A stretch of DNA of 64,000 nucleotides from Candidatus Altimarinota bacterium. GTDB taxonomy: Bacteria; Patescibacteriota; Gracilibacteria; CAIRYL01; GCA-016699755. Made by a program: the position numbers and the translations under genes. Each line of letters begins with the position of its first letter. Position 1 is the stretch's first letter. The notes beneath the pieces are model-generated. The model did no database searches, was not told the DNA's origin, and worked only from the letters and a program-made list of their open reading frames with translations. This document shows positions 9,403 to 19,191 of this stretch, in pieces. The stretch spans positions 1,024,001 through 1,088,000 of the forward strand of contig OY760935.1 in NCBI GenBank assembly GCA_963664295.1, given 5' to 3'.

Positions 9403-10694
9403 TAGTTCACAATTGCTTCAAGGGGGCTAATTTTTGCTGATTTACGAGCAGGAAAAAGCGTAGCAACAAAAGAGGCCAAAATCACTACTGCAAAAATCCA
9501 CAAAAATATATTAAGTGATAATGGAAAAAATGTTTCAGGCTTAATAGAAATATCAGGAATTTTACTTAAAATAAAATTATCCAAGACTATACTAAAAAAA
9601 GTACCAATAAATAAACCTAAAAAAGCACCAATAGCACCCAAAATAACACCCTGGGTAATAAAAATAGCAAAAATAGTCCCTTTTGGCGCGCCAATAGAGT
9701 TTAAAATGCCAATAGTCTGCTTTTGTTCAATTACAGAAACAGAAATTAAAGAAAACATAGACAAAAGAGAAACAAAAATAATCAGAGTAGCGGTTAAAAG
9801 CAAAGTCACGCGTAAAGATAAAATTAATGTCAAAATTTCTTCTCCAACTTCACCAAAAGTTTTTGCTTTTAATCCCATAGTAGTAATTTTTTCTTGAAGA
9901 CTTTTAACCTCATCAACATTATTTGCTTCTATATAAGCCTGAGAAAAAGAAGGATTTTCGTTTATTTTTCTTCCTAGTTTTTCAGAAACATCAAAAGCAG
10001 TTTCTATAGGAATAGAAACACCTAAAGGAGGAGCGCGTGGCGAAATAACCTTAATTTGTGCACTTCTGTAAATAGGCTCAGTATCACCGAGAGTAAAAAC
10101 AGTAGATTTACCAAAGATTAATTGAAATCTTTTGTCTTGTAAATTTTCTGCTTTGAGATGTGGTATTTCCTTAACAGTTTCTGCCAAAGAACTATTAAAA
10201 ACATCAATGATGTAGGGAGAAACAGCAATGGGAACCATAATTTCATCTTCACCTCTAATAAATTCTTTAAATTCATCAGGTTGATCAAGTCCAAAAATTT
10301 CTTTATCCACAGCATAAACAGGAGTATCGGTCTCAAAAGTAAAGCCAAACATCCAAACTTTGAGCGAAGATGGATAATCAAGTGTCAAAACACGAGCAAC
10401 ATTTTTAACTTCAGGGAAAGTTTTGATTTCATCAATCGCCTCTTGGTCAAGAGTTTTGCCCTGGTTGATGTCTAAAAAACCCAAAGAAAAATAATCATTA
10501 CTTACGATTAAAGTTTCTGGACTGGTTGTTTCGCGGATTGGTCTTAAAAGAAAATCCTGTATTCCTTCAGAAAAAACAAAAAACAAAAAAAGCACCATTG
10601 TGCCAATTAAAACACTAAAAGAAACCAAAAAATTACGCGTTTTTTTGGCAGAAATTAGCCTTAGTGAAAAATTTAATATATTTAAAAAACTCAT
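9402..10694 (-). CDS. ABC transporter permease, MacB/FtsX family
   Basis: N-terminal TM, periplasmic domain, EQKQTIGILNSIGA and PARKSAKISPLEAI motifs; start placed at MSFLN. Confidence 0.85.
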   Translation of the reverse strand: MSFLNILNFSLRLISAKKTRNFLVSFSVLIGTMVLFLFFVFSEGIQDFLLRPIRETTSPETLIVSNDYFSLGFLDINQGKTLDQEAIDEIKTFPEVKNVARVLTLDYPSSLKVWMFGFTFETDTPVYAVDKEIFGLDQPDEFKEFIRGEDEIMVPIAVSPYIIDVFNSSLAETVKEIPHLKAENLQDKRFQLIFGKSTVFTLGDTEPIYRSAQIKVISPRAPPLGVSIPIETAFDVSEKLGRKINENPSFSQAYIEANNVDEVKSLQEKITTMGLKAKTFGEVGEEILTLILSLRVTLLLTATLIIFVSLLSMFSLISVSVIEQKQTIGILNSIGAPKGTIFAIFITQGVILGAIGAFLGLFIGTFFSIVLDNFILSKIPDISIKPETFFPLSLNIFLWIFAVVILASFVATLFPARKSAKISPLEAIVN

Positions 10695-10802
10695 CTTAGT
10701 TTGTATTTTCTCATTCAAAGCATGCTTTATCAAGAAGAGAACAAAAACTCTTTTCAAATTGGTCAAAAAATGGCAAACTGCCTTAGCAACAAATTATTTT
10801 GT

Positions 10803-10880
10803 GGCGACTGTAGCTCAGTTGGTTAGAGCGCCGGATTGTGGCTCCGGAGGTCGTGGGTTCGAACCCCATCAGTCGCCCCA
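10803..10880 (+). tRNA. tRNA-His(GTG)
   Basis: G-1, acceptor GCGACTG/CAGTCGC, anticodon arm CCGGA-TTGTGGC-TCCGG, GGTTCGAA T-loop, encoded CCA. Confidence 0.97.
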
Positions 10881-11273
10881 TGAATATCTTTAAACATGTG
10901 CCACAATCAAGATTGCGTCTTCGCGGAGCTAGTGGTTATCTACCCCCATCAGTCGCCCCATGAATATCTTTAAACATGTGCCACAATCAAGATTGCGTCT
11001 TCGCGGAGCTAGTGGTTATCTACCCCCATCAGTCGCCCCATGAATATCTTTAAACATGTGCCACAATCAAGATTGCGTCTTCGCGGAGCTAGTGGTTATC
11101 TACCCCCATCAGTCGCCCCATGAATATCTTTAAACATGTGCCACAATCAAGATTGCGTCTTCGCGGAGCTAGTGGTTATCTACCCCCATCAGTCGCCCCA
11201 TGAATATCTTTAAACATGTGCCACAATCAAGATTGCGTCTTCGCGGAGCTAGTGGTTATCTACCCCCATCAGT
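10864..11273 (+). repeat. Tandem array of identical 80-bp units (5 copies, last truncated), each ending in the 3' 17 nt of tRNA-His
   Basis: AGTCGCCCCA recurs at 10871, 10951, 11031, 11111, 11191; array ends at CAGT 11273. Confidence 0.97.
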
Positions 11274-11342
11274 TTTTTGGCTTGCACAGCTGATTAACAG
11301 CCATTAAACTAAAATGCGTTATATTGTTTTTTAAAAACAAAA

Positions 11343-11741
11343 ATGAACAGCAAATCCCCTAACTTAAGAGTGTTATTAGTTTGCAAACAAGAAGAAGAGG
11401 ATTGCTTAAAAACAGAACAAAAAGAACAAGAAACAATAAACCCAATTGAAAAAATAATTGAACAAACACAAGAAATAATGCGAAGTAATACAAAAAGTTT
11501 TCCGCTTGAAATTGGACTTCATTTACACAAAGCAGGGAATGGTTGTTCTGCACAAGATGAACAAAAAATGTTGGAAGAAATTGTCAAATCTCCAGAAAAT
11601 TTAATTTTAATGACAAGAGCAGTAAAATTATCAGAACCTTGGAAAAGTTTGATGAAAAAAAATGTTTTTATGCTTGATGAACTAAGCCCAGTTCATATTA
11701 TGATTATGATTAAGGGCTATCTTGCCTCCATAAGACTTTAA
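11343..11741 (+). CDS. Hypothetical protein
   Basis: 132-aa ORF; upstream TTGCAC-N17-TAAACT at 11282-11310. Confidence 0.55.
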   Translation: MNSKSPNLRVLLVCKQEEEDCLKTEQKEQETINPIEKIIEQTQEIMRSNTKSFPLEIGLHLHKAGNGCSAQDEQKMLEEIVKSPENLILMTRAVKLSEPWKSLMKKNVFMLDELSPVHIMIMIKGYLASIRL

Positions 11742-11798
11742 TTATTATAAAAAACCTTGCTTTTTTTAATAAAAATAATAAAATAATCAAGCTTGTTT

Positions 11799-11875
11799 GG
11801 TCGTATAGCTCAGCTGGTTAGAGCGCTACACTGATAATGTAGAGGTCCCTGGTTCAAGTCCAGGTACGACCACCA
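11799..11875 (+). tRNA. tRNA-Ile(GAT)
   Basis: Acceptor GGTCGTA/TACGACC, anticodon arm CTACA-CTGATAA-TGTAG, CCA. Confidence 0.97.
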
Positions 11876-11899
11876 GAGATTTTTTGATTTGTTTTTACT

Positions 11900-12006
11900 T
11901 GTCATTCTGAACTTGATTCAGAATCTTTTGGTGACATTATTGTCAGCAATTTATTTTATAGCTTAAATAATGTCCAAGGAGATTGCGGGTCAAGCCCGCA
12001 ATGACA
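11900..12006. repeat. Inverted REP-like palindrome doublet (GTCAT...ATGAC class)
   Basis: TGTCATTCTGAA-CTTGA-TTCAGAATC ... GATTGCGGG-TCAAG-CCCGCAATGACA; complementary loops CTTGA/TCAAG and terminal TGTCATT/AATGACA. Confidence 0.75.
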
Positions 12007-12070
12007 TTTAAATATTATTGTGATTTTATTTTTGGTTTGATATATATAAATTGATTTTTAAAATAAACAT

Positions 12071-12367
12071 ATGGTAAAGATTAAGAATTTAAACAAATTA
12101 GACATGCTGGCTTGTTTTTTAGTTGGACAAAAAAATAGCATAAATGATGCCCCTGAGGAAAAATTTTTAGTTTTAACATATTGGACATCGTGCGCAAATG
12201 TTTCTGTTATTTTTGCAACTATTTTTTCAAGTATGTCTATTGTTTTGTTTATAGAAATAGAAACTAATCTAGTTGTAATTCCTTTTTTTATAGCCTTTAT
12301 ATGGTTTTCTTTGAGGGCTTGGGCATTTGGTAGATGTGCTAAGATTGCATGTAAAATTTGGCTTTAA
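12071..12367 (+). CDS. Hypothetical small membrane protein
   Basis: 98 aa with two hydrophobic segments. Confidence 0.5.
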   Translation: MVKIKNLNKLDMLACFLVGQKNSINDAPEEKFLVLTYWTSCANVSVIFATIFSSMSIVLFIEIETNLVVIPFFIAFIWFSLRAWAFGRCAKIACKIWL

Positions 12368-12383
12368 AAAGCCTCCTAATTTC

Positions 12384-13088
12384 CTACAGCCTACTCTTCA
12401 GCTCCCCTCCCTCAATAGCCTTCCATTTTCCACAACTCATATCACCTTCCCAACAGATTTTTTCAGTTTCACAACTAGGTCCAGCATGAGAAAAAATCTC
12501 AGGACAAGTAGGCTTAACAGCCTCAAGCATTTTTCGTGCAAGCATTTGAATCTCCCATTGCGCACGCACACAAAGCCTTTTTTCAAAAAAGTGCAACAGC
12601 TCACGCGCATTCATAGTGACAACAATGTTTGTTTTTGTGCCCTGTGGGGTCAAAAAACGCGCATCCTCGCTTTTAATTCCTAATTCCTTTAATTCATCCA
12701 CAGTCTCCTGCAAAGAGCTCTTAAATTTATCCACCAGCGCCATTGCTTGTGGGTTATTTTTAATCGAAGGCGGTATGACAAAATTTGTATGAGTTTTGTT
12801 ATAGCGACCTGATTTTATTGAATAGCTTGCCAGCCTGTGGCGCACAAGTTGAGTTTCGGTCACACGAGAAACTCCAGAAATAGAAAAAGTAAAAGTAGCG
12901 TGTTCTATGGTTGATAAATGACCAGAAGAAAGCACAATATTAAGTAATCTTTTTGCTTTATCCTCAGGAATGCTTTCTTGCAATTCTTTTCCGGTTTTTG
13001 GCGAATAACATTGATTAATAGCCGCAGCAATTGTTTGCAAAGGCTTAGAAGTGTGGTCAATTAAATAAACTTCAATTTCTGAGCTCAT
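12384..13088 (-). CDS. thyX: Flavin-dependent thymidylate synthase
   Basis: GH.STIEH, QLVRHRLASYSIKSGRY, EDARF..P, MNAREL.HF...R.C..AQWEI. Confidence 0.96.
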   Translation of the reverse strand: MSSEIEVYLIDHTSKPLQTIAAAINQCYSPKTGKELQESIPEDKAKRLLNIVLSSGHLSTIEHATFTFSISGVSRVTETQLVRHRLASYSIKSGRYNKTHTNFVIPPSIKNNPQAMALVDKFKSSLQETVDELKELGIKSEDARFLTPQGTKTNIVVTMNARELLHFFEKRLCVRAQWEIQMLARKMLEAVKPTCPEIFSHAGPSCETEKICWEGDMSCGKWKAIEGGELKSRL

Positions 13089-13095
13089 ATTTTAT

Positions 13096-13461
13096 TTAAA
13101 CATCAAGGGAATCAATTGCTTCTTGAATTGTTGGGTGATATTCGACCAAATTTAAAAAACCAACAACCTCAAGAATATCTAAAATCGTATCATTACTTTC
13201 AGCTAAAACCATTTTTTTACCATCTTGATTTAGAGTGGAAAAAACCTCAGCCAAAAAACCAACAACCATTGAGTTGATAAACTCCAAATCACGCAAAAAG
13301 AAAATAAAAGTTTTTACATCTTTTGTTTGCAAGTATCTATTTATTTCTTTTTTAAACTCATTGATTGATGACTCATCGACTTCTCCTGCAATATGAATAA
13401 TGCGAACGCCTTCCTTTTCGTTCACTGGTATCATTCTGGATTTAAAATTCACTACAGACAT
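13096..13461 (-). CDS. STAS-domain anti-sigma factor antagonist
   Basis: GEVD, LEFINS..VG.L, ILEVVGF pattern. Confidence 0.8.
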   Translation of the reverse strand: MSVVNFKSRMIPVNEKEGVRIIHIAGEVDESSINEFKKEINRYLQTKDVKTFIFFLRDLEFINSMVVGFLAEVFSTLNQDGKKMVLAESNDTILDILEVVGFLNLVEYHPTIQEAIDSLDV

Positions 13462-13467
13462 TGTTTT

Positions 13468-15300
13468 TTATTTAAAAAATGCTTCAAATTCTTTTTGATC
13501 AAGAGTTTCTTTTTTGAGTAAGGTTTGTGCAATTTTTTCTAGTATTTTTTTATTATCTTTTAATAACTTATCTGCTCTTTTGAGTTGTTCAGAAATTATT
13601 TTATTTATTTCTTTGTCAATTGTTTCGGAATATTTTTCAGAAATTTGTCTTTGGCGTGTGATATCAATACCCAAAAAGCTACCTCCGTCGTCATCATCAA
13701 AAACAATAGGCCCAAGTTCACTCATGCCAAAACGAGTGACCATTCCTCGAGCAATATCAGTTGCTCTTTTAAGGTCATTAGAAACACCTGTACCAGTTTC
13801 GGAAAGCATTAGCTTTTCAGCAGAAAAACCTCCCAATAAAGTGCAAACCTCATCAAGAAATTTTGATTTTGAATAACCAAATTGATCCTCGTCTGGCAAA
13901 CTCCAAGTTGAGCCTAGTGACATACCCCTAGGGATAATTGTCACCTTATGAATTGGGTCAGCATTAGGTAATAAATGACCAATAATTGCATGACCAGCTT
14001 CATGGTAAGCTGTTTTTAATTTTCTATCTTTGCTAATTATTTGTGATTTTCTTTCTGGTCCAATAATTACTTTTTCAGTAGCAAATTCAAGATCTTTTTG
14101 ACCAATAGTTTTTTTATTGTTTTTTGCGGCTTGAATAGCAGCCTCATTTAGAATGTTTGCAAGATCAGCACCAGCAAAGCCAGAGGTCATGCGGGCAATT
14201 TTATCAAAATCAATTTTTGGAGACATTTTTTTGCCCTTGGTATGAACTTTTAAAATTGCTGTGCGGTCTTTTATATCTGGCATGTCGATAACCACCCTTC
14301 TGTCAAAACGACCAGGTCGAAGAAGTGCTTTATCAAGTACATCAGGCCTATTTGTAGCCGCAACTACAATCACATTTGTATTATCTTCAAATCCGTCCAT
14401 TTCAGACAGTATTTGGTTTAGAGTTTGCTCTCTTTCATCATGACCACCAGAATAGCCAGAACCACCTCTTTGGCGACCAACAGCATCAATTTCATCAATA
14501 AAGATAATAGCAGGTGCATTTTTTTTGGCTTTTTCAAATAAATCCCTAACCCTGCTAGCGCCAACGCCAACAAACATTTCTACAAACTCAGAACCGGAAA
14601 TTGAGAAAAAAGGCACTCTGGCTTCACCGGCAACTGCACGAGCCAAGAGAGTTTTTCCTGTTCCTGGGCGACCAATAAGCATAACGCCTCTTGGTATTCT
14701 TGCTCCTATTGTTAGGAATTTTTTAGGATTTTTTAAGAATTCAACAATTTCTTCCAACTCATTTTTTGCTTCTTCTGCTCCCGCAACATCCTTGAAAGTT
14801 GTTTTTTTACCTTTATTCGAAAAAAGCCTGGCTTTTGATTTACCAAAACTAAAAGCATTACCAGCATTTTTTTGCACTTGCCTCATCATAAAAATAATAA
14901 TCACCAGTACAATTGCAAATGGGATAATGTCTCTTAAAAGTGCAAAAATAAAATCACCAGCAGAGGTGTCTAAGATTTCAACAGGAGTTTTTATTTCTGG
15001 ATTTAAAAGCTCAAGATCAGAAGCAGTTTCCAAAGGCTCTTTAAAAGCTATTTTTTGAACATTTTCATCTTTTAAAGTAGCAGTGAGCTGATCACCTTTT
15101 ATTTCAATTTTTTCAAGCTTATTTTCATTATAAAGTTCGGTTATTTCAGAAATAGGAACTTTTTCTGTCTTAATAGCCTCACCAAGAAATTGGTCAGGAT
15201 CCATTGCAACCCACAAAGCAGTTAATACAAAAATTACTGCAATAAAGGTTAACCAAGGGCTTTTGCCAGTGTTTTTCTTTTTATTAGGCTCTTTCATCAT
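13468..15300 (-). CDS. ftsH: ATP-dependent zinc metalloprotease FtsH
   Basis: Two TMs, [18 protein letters not shown] region, HEAGH. Confidence 0.98.
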   Translation of the reverse strand: MMKEPNKKKNTGKSPWLTFIAVIFVLTALWVAMDPDQFLGEAIKTEKVPISEITELYNENKLEKIEIKGDQLTATLKDENVQKIAFKEPLETASDLELLNPEIKTPVEILDTSAGDFIFALLRDIIPFAIVLVIIIFMMRQVQKNAGNAFSFGKSKARLFSNKGKKTTFKDVAGAEEAKNELEEIVEFLKNPKKFLTIGARIPRGVMLIGRPGTGKTLLARAVAGEARVPFFSISGSEFVEMFVGVGASRVRDLFEKAKKNAPAIIFIDEIDAVGRQRGGSGYSGGHDEREQTLNQILSEMDGFEDNTNVIVVAATNRPDVLDKALLRPGRFDRRVVIDMPDIKDRTAILKVHTKGKKMSPKIDFDKIARMTSGFAGADLANILNEAAIQAAKNNKKTIGQKDLEFATEKVIIGPERKSQIISKDRKLKTAYHEAGHAIIGHLLPNADPIHKVTIIPRGMSLGSTWSLPDEDQFGYSKSKFLDEVCTLLGGFSAEKLMLSETGTGVSNDLKRATDIARGMVTRFGMSELGPIVFDDDDGGSFLGIDITRQRQISEKYSETIDKEINKIISEQLKRADKLLKDNKKILEKIAQTLLKKETLDQKEFEAFFK

Positions 15301-15341
15301 GAAGATTTTCCCAAATAATTATCAGCTTTGCAAGAGAGCTT

Positions 15342-17540
15342 TTAATTATTTGTAGGTTTTTCCCAGCTAGAGTAATCACAATCCGGATAACGCTCACAAC
15401 CCCAAAAAATACGATTTCTTTTTGTTCTTTTTTCAACTACATCGCCTTTTCCGCATTGAGGACACTTAACGCCAATGGTTTTTAAAATTGGTTTTGTATT
15501 TTTACATTTTGGATAAGCAGAACAGGCTAAGAAATTACCAAATCTGCCTTTTTTAACCACCATTTTAGCTCCACATTTTTCACATTTTTCATTAGCAAAT
15601 TCTTTTTCTAGCGCCTCTGTTTCAGCCTTTTCTTCAGGGTCTTCATGAAGAGGTTTTGCGTTTTTACACTCAGGAAAGCCAGTACAAGAAAGAAATTTTC
15701 CATAACGAGAAAGCTTTACCTCCATTGGTTTACCACATTTTTCACATATTTCATCAGTTTTTTCTTTTACAACATCACTTTTTTTAATTTCTTTATCTTT
15801 TTTCTCTATTCTTTCGTGAAAAGGCCAATAAAAATCATTCAAAAATTTTAAATAATCTTTTTTGCCGTGTGCAATTTGGTCTAAATCCTCCTCCATTTTA
15901 GCAGTAAAGTGTAAATCAACTATTTGGTCAAAATGATCCGCAAGTAAGTCAGTGACAACAAAAGCAGTATCTGTTGGAGCTAGGGCTCTGCCGTCTTTTT
16001 GTACATAGCCCCTGCTTTGCACAGTAGAAATTGTTGGAGCATATGTTGATGGTCTACCAATGCCCTCTTCTTCCATTTTTTTAACCAAAGAAGCCTCAGT
16101 ATAACGAGCAGGTGGTTTAGTAAAATGTTGTTTTTTTTCTAATTTTTTAGCCTTTAGTTTTTCATCTTGTTCAAGTTCTGGTAAAAGTTTTTCAAAATCA
16201 CCAGCGGAAACATTTTCCGCTTCTTCGTGATGATCTTCGCCTTCAATATAAAGAGTAAGAAAACCAGGAAAAACAACTCTTTGGCCTGTTGCACGGAACA
16301 TATATGTCTTTTTTTCTCTTACTTCTAGGTCAACACTAGTATTTTTTAATTTTGCTTCTGCCATTTGGCTTGCCACTGTTCTTTTCCAGATTAATTCGTA
16401 TAGCCTAAATTCATCATTTGAAAGCAATTTTTTAATTTTATCTGGAATGGCAGAAATATTTACAGGCCTAATTGCTTCATGAGCTTCTTGAGCACCTTTT
16501 TGTTTTTTTGTATATCTGCGTGTTTTTGAATAGTCAGCACCAAATTGTTTTTTAATTACCTCTTCTGCCTCTTTTAAAGCTCTTTCTGCTAAATTTACAG
16601 AATCAGTTCTCATATAAGTAATCAAACCAGAGTCTTGACCTGCTCCTTCATATAATTTTTGAGCAATTTGCATAGTCTTTTTAACAGAAAAGCCAAGTTT
16701 TCTTGATGCTTCCTGTTGTAGAGTAGATGTTGTAAATGGAGGTGCAGGATTTCTTTTGGTATCTTTTTCTTTAATATTTGCAACAGTAAATTCTTTGCCT
16801 TTTACTGCTTGATAAAGGGCTTCAGCCTCTTCTTTTGAGCTAGGAACAAATTTTTTACCATCTAATTTTTGAAAATTAGCCTGAAATTTGATTTTATTTT
16901 TTTCAAAATCGGCAATCAAAGACCAATATTCTTCTGGCGTAAAAGCTTGAATTTCTCGCTCGCGATCAACAATAAGCTTAACAGCCACACTTTGAACACG
17001 TCCGGCAGAAAGTCCAAAACGGATTTTTTTCCATAAAAGAGGAGAAAGCTCATAACCAACAAGTCTGTCTAATATTCTACGAGCCTGTTGAGATTCAATA
17101 AGGCTTTCGTCAATTTCACGCGGTTCTTTAATTGCTTTTAAAATAGCCTCTTTAGTGATTTCGTGAAACACAATTCTGCGTACAGGATTTGTTTTTTTAG
17201 GTTTTAAAACCTGCAAAAGATGCCACCCAATCGCCTCTCCTTCGCGGTCCTCATCAGTTGCCAACCATAAAGCAGTATCTTTATCAAAATCTTTTTTAAT
17301 TTCTGCTACATGTTTTTTTTGTTTTGGTAAGACTATGTATAGAGGGTCAAAATTGTTTTCTACATCAATGGCCATTGAAGCATAAGGAAGCTTTCTTTTT
17401 GTTGGCGGTAAATCTGCTTTTTTTGTAGGCAGATCGCGCACATGACCATAAGAACTTTTAACTATATAATCTTTTCCTAAAAACTTTTTAAGAATTTTTG
17501 CTTTTGTCGGAGACTCAACGATTACTAAATTTTTTGCCAT
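15342..17540 (-). CDS. topA: DNA topoisomerase I with C-terminal zinc ribbons
   Basis: IVESPTK, ATDEDREGE, SAGRVQS, ITYMRTDS, three C4 zinc-finger repeats. Confidence 0.98.
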   Translation of the reverse strand: MAKNLVIVESPTKAKILKKFLGKDYIVKSSYGHVRDLPTKKADLPPTKRKLPYASMAIDVENNFDPLYIVLPKQKKHVAEIKKDFDKDTALWLATDEDREGEAIGWHLLQVLKPKKTNPVRRIVFHEITKEAILKAIKEPREIDESLIESQQARRILDRLVGYELSPLLWKKIRFGLSAGRVQSVAVKLIVDREREIQAFTPEEYWSLIADFEKNKIKFQANFQKLDGKKFVPSSKEEAEALYQAVKGKEFTVANIKEKDTKRNPAPPFTTSTLQQEASRKLGFSVKKTMQIAQKLYEGAGQDSGLITYMRTDSVNLAERALKEAEEVIKKQFGADYSKTRRYTKKQKGAQEAHEAIRPVNISAIPDKIKKLLSNDEFRLYELIWKRTVASQMAEAKLKNTSVDLEVREKKTYMFRATGQRVVFPGFLTLYIEGEDHHEEAENVSAGDFEKLLPELEQDEKLKAKKLEKKQHFTKPPARYTEASLVKKMEEEGIGRPSTYAPTISTVQSRGYVQKDGRALAPTDTAFVVTDLLADHFDQIVDLHFTAKMEEDLDQIAHGKKDYLKFLNDFYWPFHERIEKKDKEIKKSDVVKEKTDEICEKCGKPMEVKLSRYGKFLSCTGFPECKNAKPLHEDPEEKAETEALEKEFANEKCEKCGAKMVVKKGRFGNFLACSAYPKCKNTKPILKTIGVKCPQCGKGDVVEKRTKRNRIFWGCERYPDCDYSSWEKPTNN

Positions 17541-17830
17541 TCTGAGTAATTTTTAAATTAAAATACTATAAGAGCTTGCAAGAAGTTTTTATATTTTGCA
17601 AATAAAATTTTTTCTGACAAGTGTAAATTTTTATTATTTTGGCTCAAGATAAAGCAAAAATAAGATGCCAAAGATGAAAAAATTTGTCAAAATCATATTA
17701 AAAATAAGAAAATAAGGCTTGTTTTAGCCAGTTTTTAAGCGGTTTTAACGAAGATAAGCCAAAAAACTTGACTTTAATAGTGAAAAACCCCTAACATACT
17801 AACGATTTTTTAATTTTTCCTTCAAAAACT

Positions 17831-18106
17831 ATGACAAAAGGAGATCTTGTTAACGCAATTGCCGCTGGCGCTGGTGTTACAAAAAAAGCTGCTGGAGATG
17901 CTCTTCAGGCTATGATTGACTCTGTAACAAAAGAGCTAAAAAAAGGTGATAGTGTTACAATTACTGGTTTTGGAACTTTTCGTGTTTCAAAACGTGCTGC
18001 TCGCACTGGTGTTAACCCAAGAAACCCAAGCGAAAAAATTAAGATCCCAGCAATGAAACTTCCAACTTTCAAAGCTGGTAAAGCTCTTAAAAACGCTGTT
18101 CGCTAA
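17831..18106 (+). CDS. hup: HU family DNA-binding protein
   Basis: GFGTF..SKRAARTGVNP, P.FKAGKALK. Confidence 0.97.
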   Translation: MTKGDLVNAIAAGAGVTKKAAGDALQAMIDSVTKELKKGDSVTITGFGTFRVSKRAARTGVNPRNPSEKIKIPAMKLPTFKAGKALKNAVR

Positions 18107-18151
18107 ACAGTGTTTTTAAAAAGTGTTTAATTTTTTAATAAAGCACTATGT

Positions 18152-18179
18152 GCCCCCCTGTTAAAAGGGGGGCTTTTTT
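18152..18179 (+). terminator. Intrinsic terminator after HU gene
   Basis: GCCCCCCT-GTTAAA-AGGGGGGC-TTTTTT. Confidence 0.85.
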
Positions 18180-18234
18180 GTTGCAATTTTTTATAAAAAA
18201 ACTATAATCCTATACTTTTTGTTGTTGGTCCCCC

Positions 18235-19131
18235 ATGCAATACAATAAATTTTCTCAACATAAATTTGAGAGTCAGCAGGGAACATTGATTCCTCCTAAT
18301 TTATTAAAAAACTTTGCCTATGTTTCTAATGACCTTAGAGTGTTGGACAGCAAGCGAGCAGTTGCGCTGAGTCAAGAGCTTTTAATGACCAAAAGCCAAG
18401 AAAGAAAAGAAGAAATAAAAACAACAATCTTAAAAGAAATGTTTTTATATATCTATTTTGTTGCCAAAGAGGCATCTGATGAATTGCAGGAGATGGGGTC
18501 ACATATTAACACAGAAGAATTAGTAGAAATTGGTATAGAAGCAGTGCTTATGAGGCTACATGATGTAGAAAGTGGTAGCCCCCTCCTTAATGTTTTTGGA
18601 CTTACTCACATAGTATGGAGAAAAATAAGAAAAGCAGTTTTTAGCAAATCTTTAGTTTTAAAAATTTTTTATTACAAAAGAGCGGTAAATTATTTATTAA
18701 GCAAAACGGGCGAAATGCCTTCCGATGAACAAGTTTGTGATTTTTTAGAAAACACAACAGCCTCTATAGAACCAGAAGAGATCGCAATAGTAAAACACAT
18801 ATTAGAAAATAATCTTATTGATTTATATCAAGGCAAAAGTTTTGAGCGCCTAAAAAACACAGAAGAGGCCGAAGAAAACTTAACTACTGATGAGCAAGCA
18901 ATTGCAAATGATGTTTTTAATAAGGTGTTTAATTTATTAGGTGCTCACCAAGAAGGAAGAAGATATAAAATAACATCTAAATTATTTTTAGATTGGCTTG
19001 TTCATCAAAATTATCAAATTATTGCTGACGAGCTAGGATGTTCTAGGGAAACAGTAAGAACAAGTTTTGATGCTTTTTTTATGCACGCCAAAAAACAAAT
19101 TGAAAACGCAAAATATTTATGTCGTGCTTAG
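18235..19131 (+). CDS. Highly divergent sigma-70-like protein
   Basis: Region 2-like EELVEIGIEAVL and WRKIRKAV, region 3-like GEMPSDEQV, region 4 HTH QIIADELGCSRETVR. Confidence 0.6.
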   Translation: MQYNKFSQHKFESQQGTLIPPNLLKNFAYVSNDLRVLDSKRAVALSQELLMTKSQERKEEIKTTILKEMFLYIYFVAKEASDELQEMGSHINTEELVEIGIEAVLMRLHDVESGSPLLNVFGLTHIVWRKIRKAVFSKSLVLKIFYYKRAVNYLLSKTGEMPSDEQVCDFLENTTASIEPEEIAIVKHILENNLIDLYQGKSFERLKNTEEAEENLTTDEQAIANDVFNKVFNLLGAHQEGRRYKITSKLFLDWLVHQNYQIIADELGCSRETVRTSFDAFFMHAKKQIENAKYLCRA

Positions 19132-19191
19132 TAAAGACCTTGCCACAAAAAGCCAAATCTGGCACAATAAGCCCGTTTTTTGGAAGTAAAA

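Noticed and set aside
10600-10893. 97-aa ORF in the track
   Set aside because: Overlaps tRNA-His and the antisense of the permease gene
10864-11273. CRISPR array
   Set aside because: Units are fully identical with no unique spacers, contain tRNA sequence, and no cas genes are present
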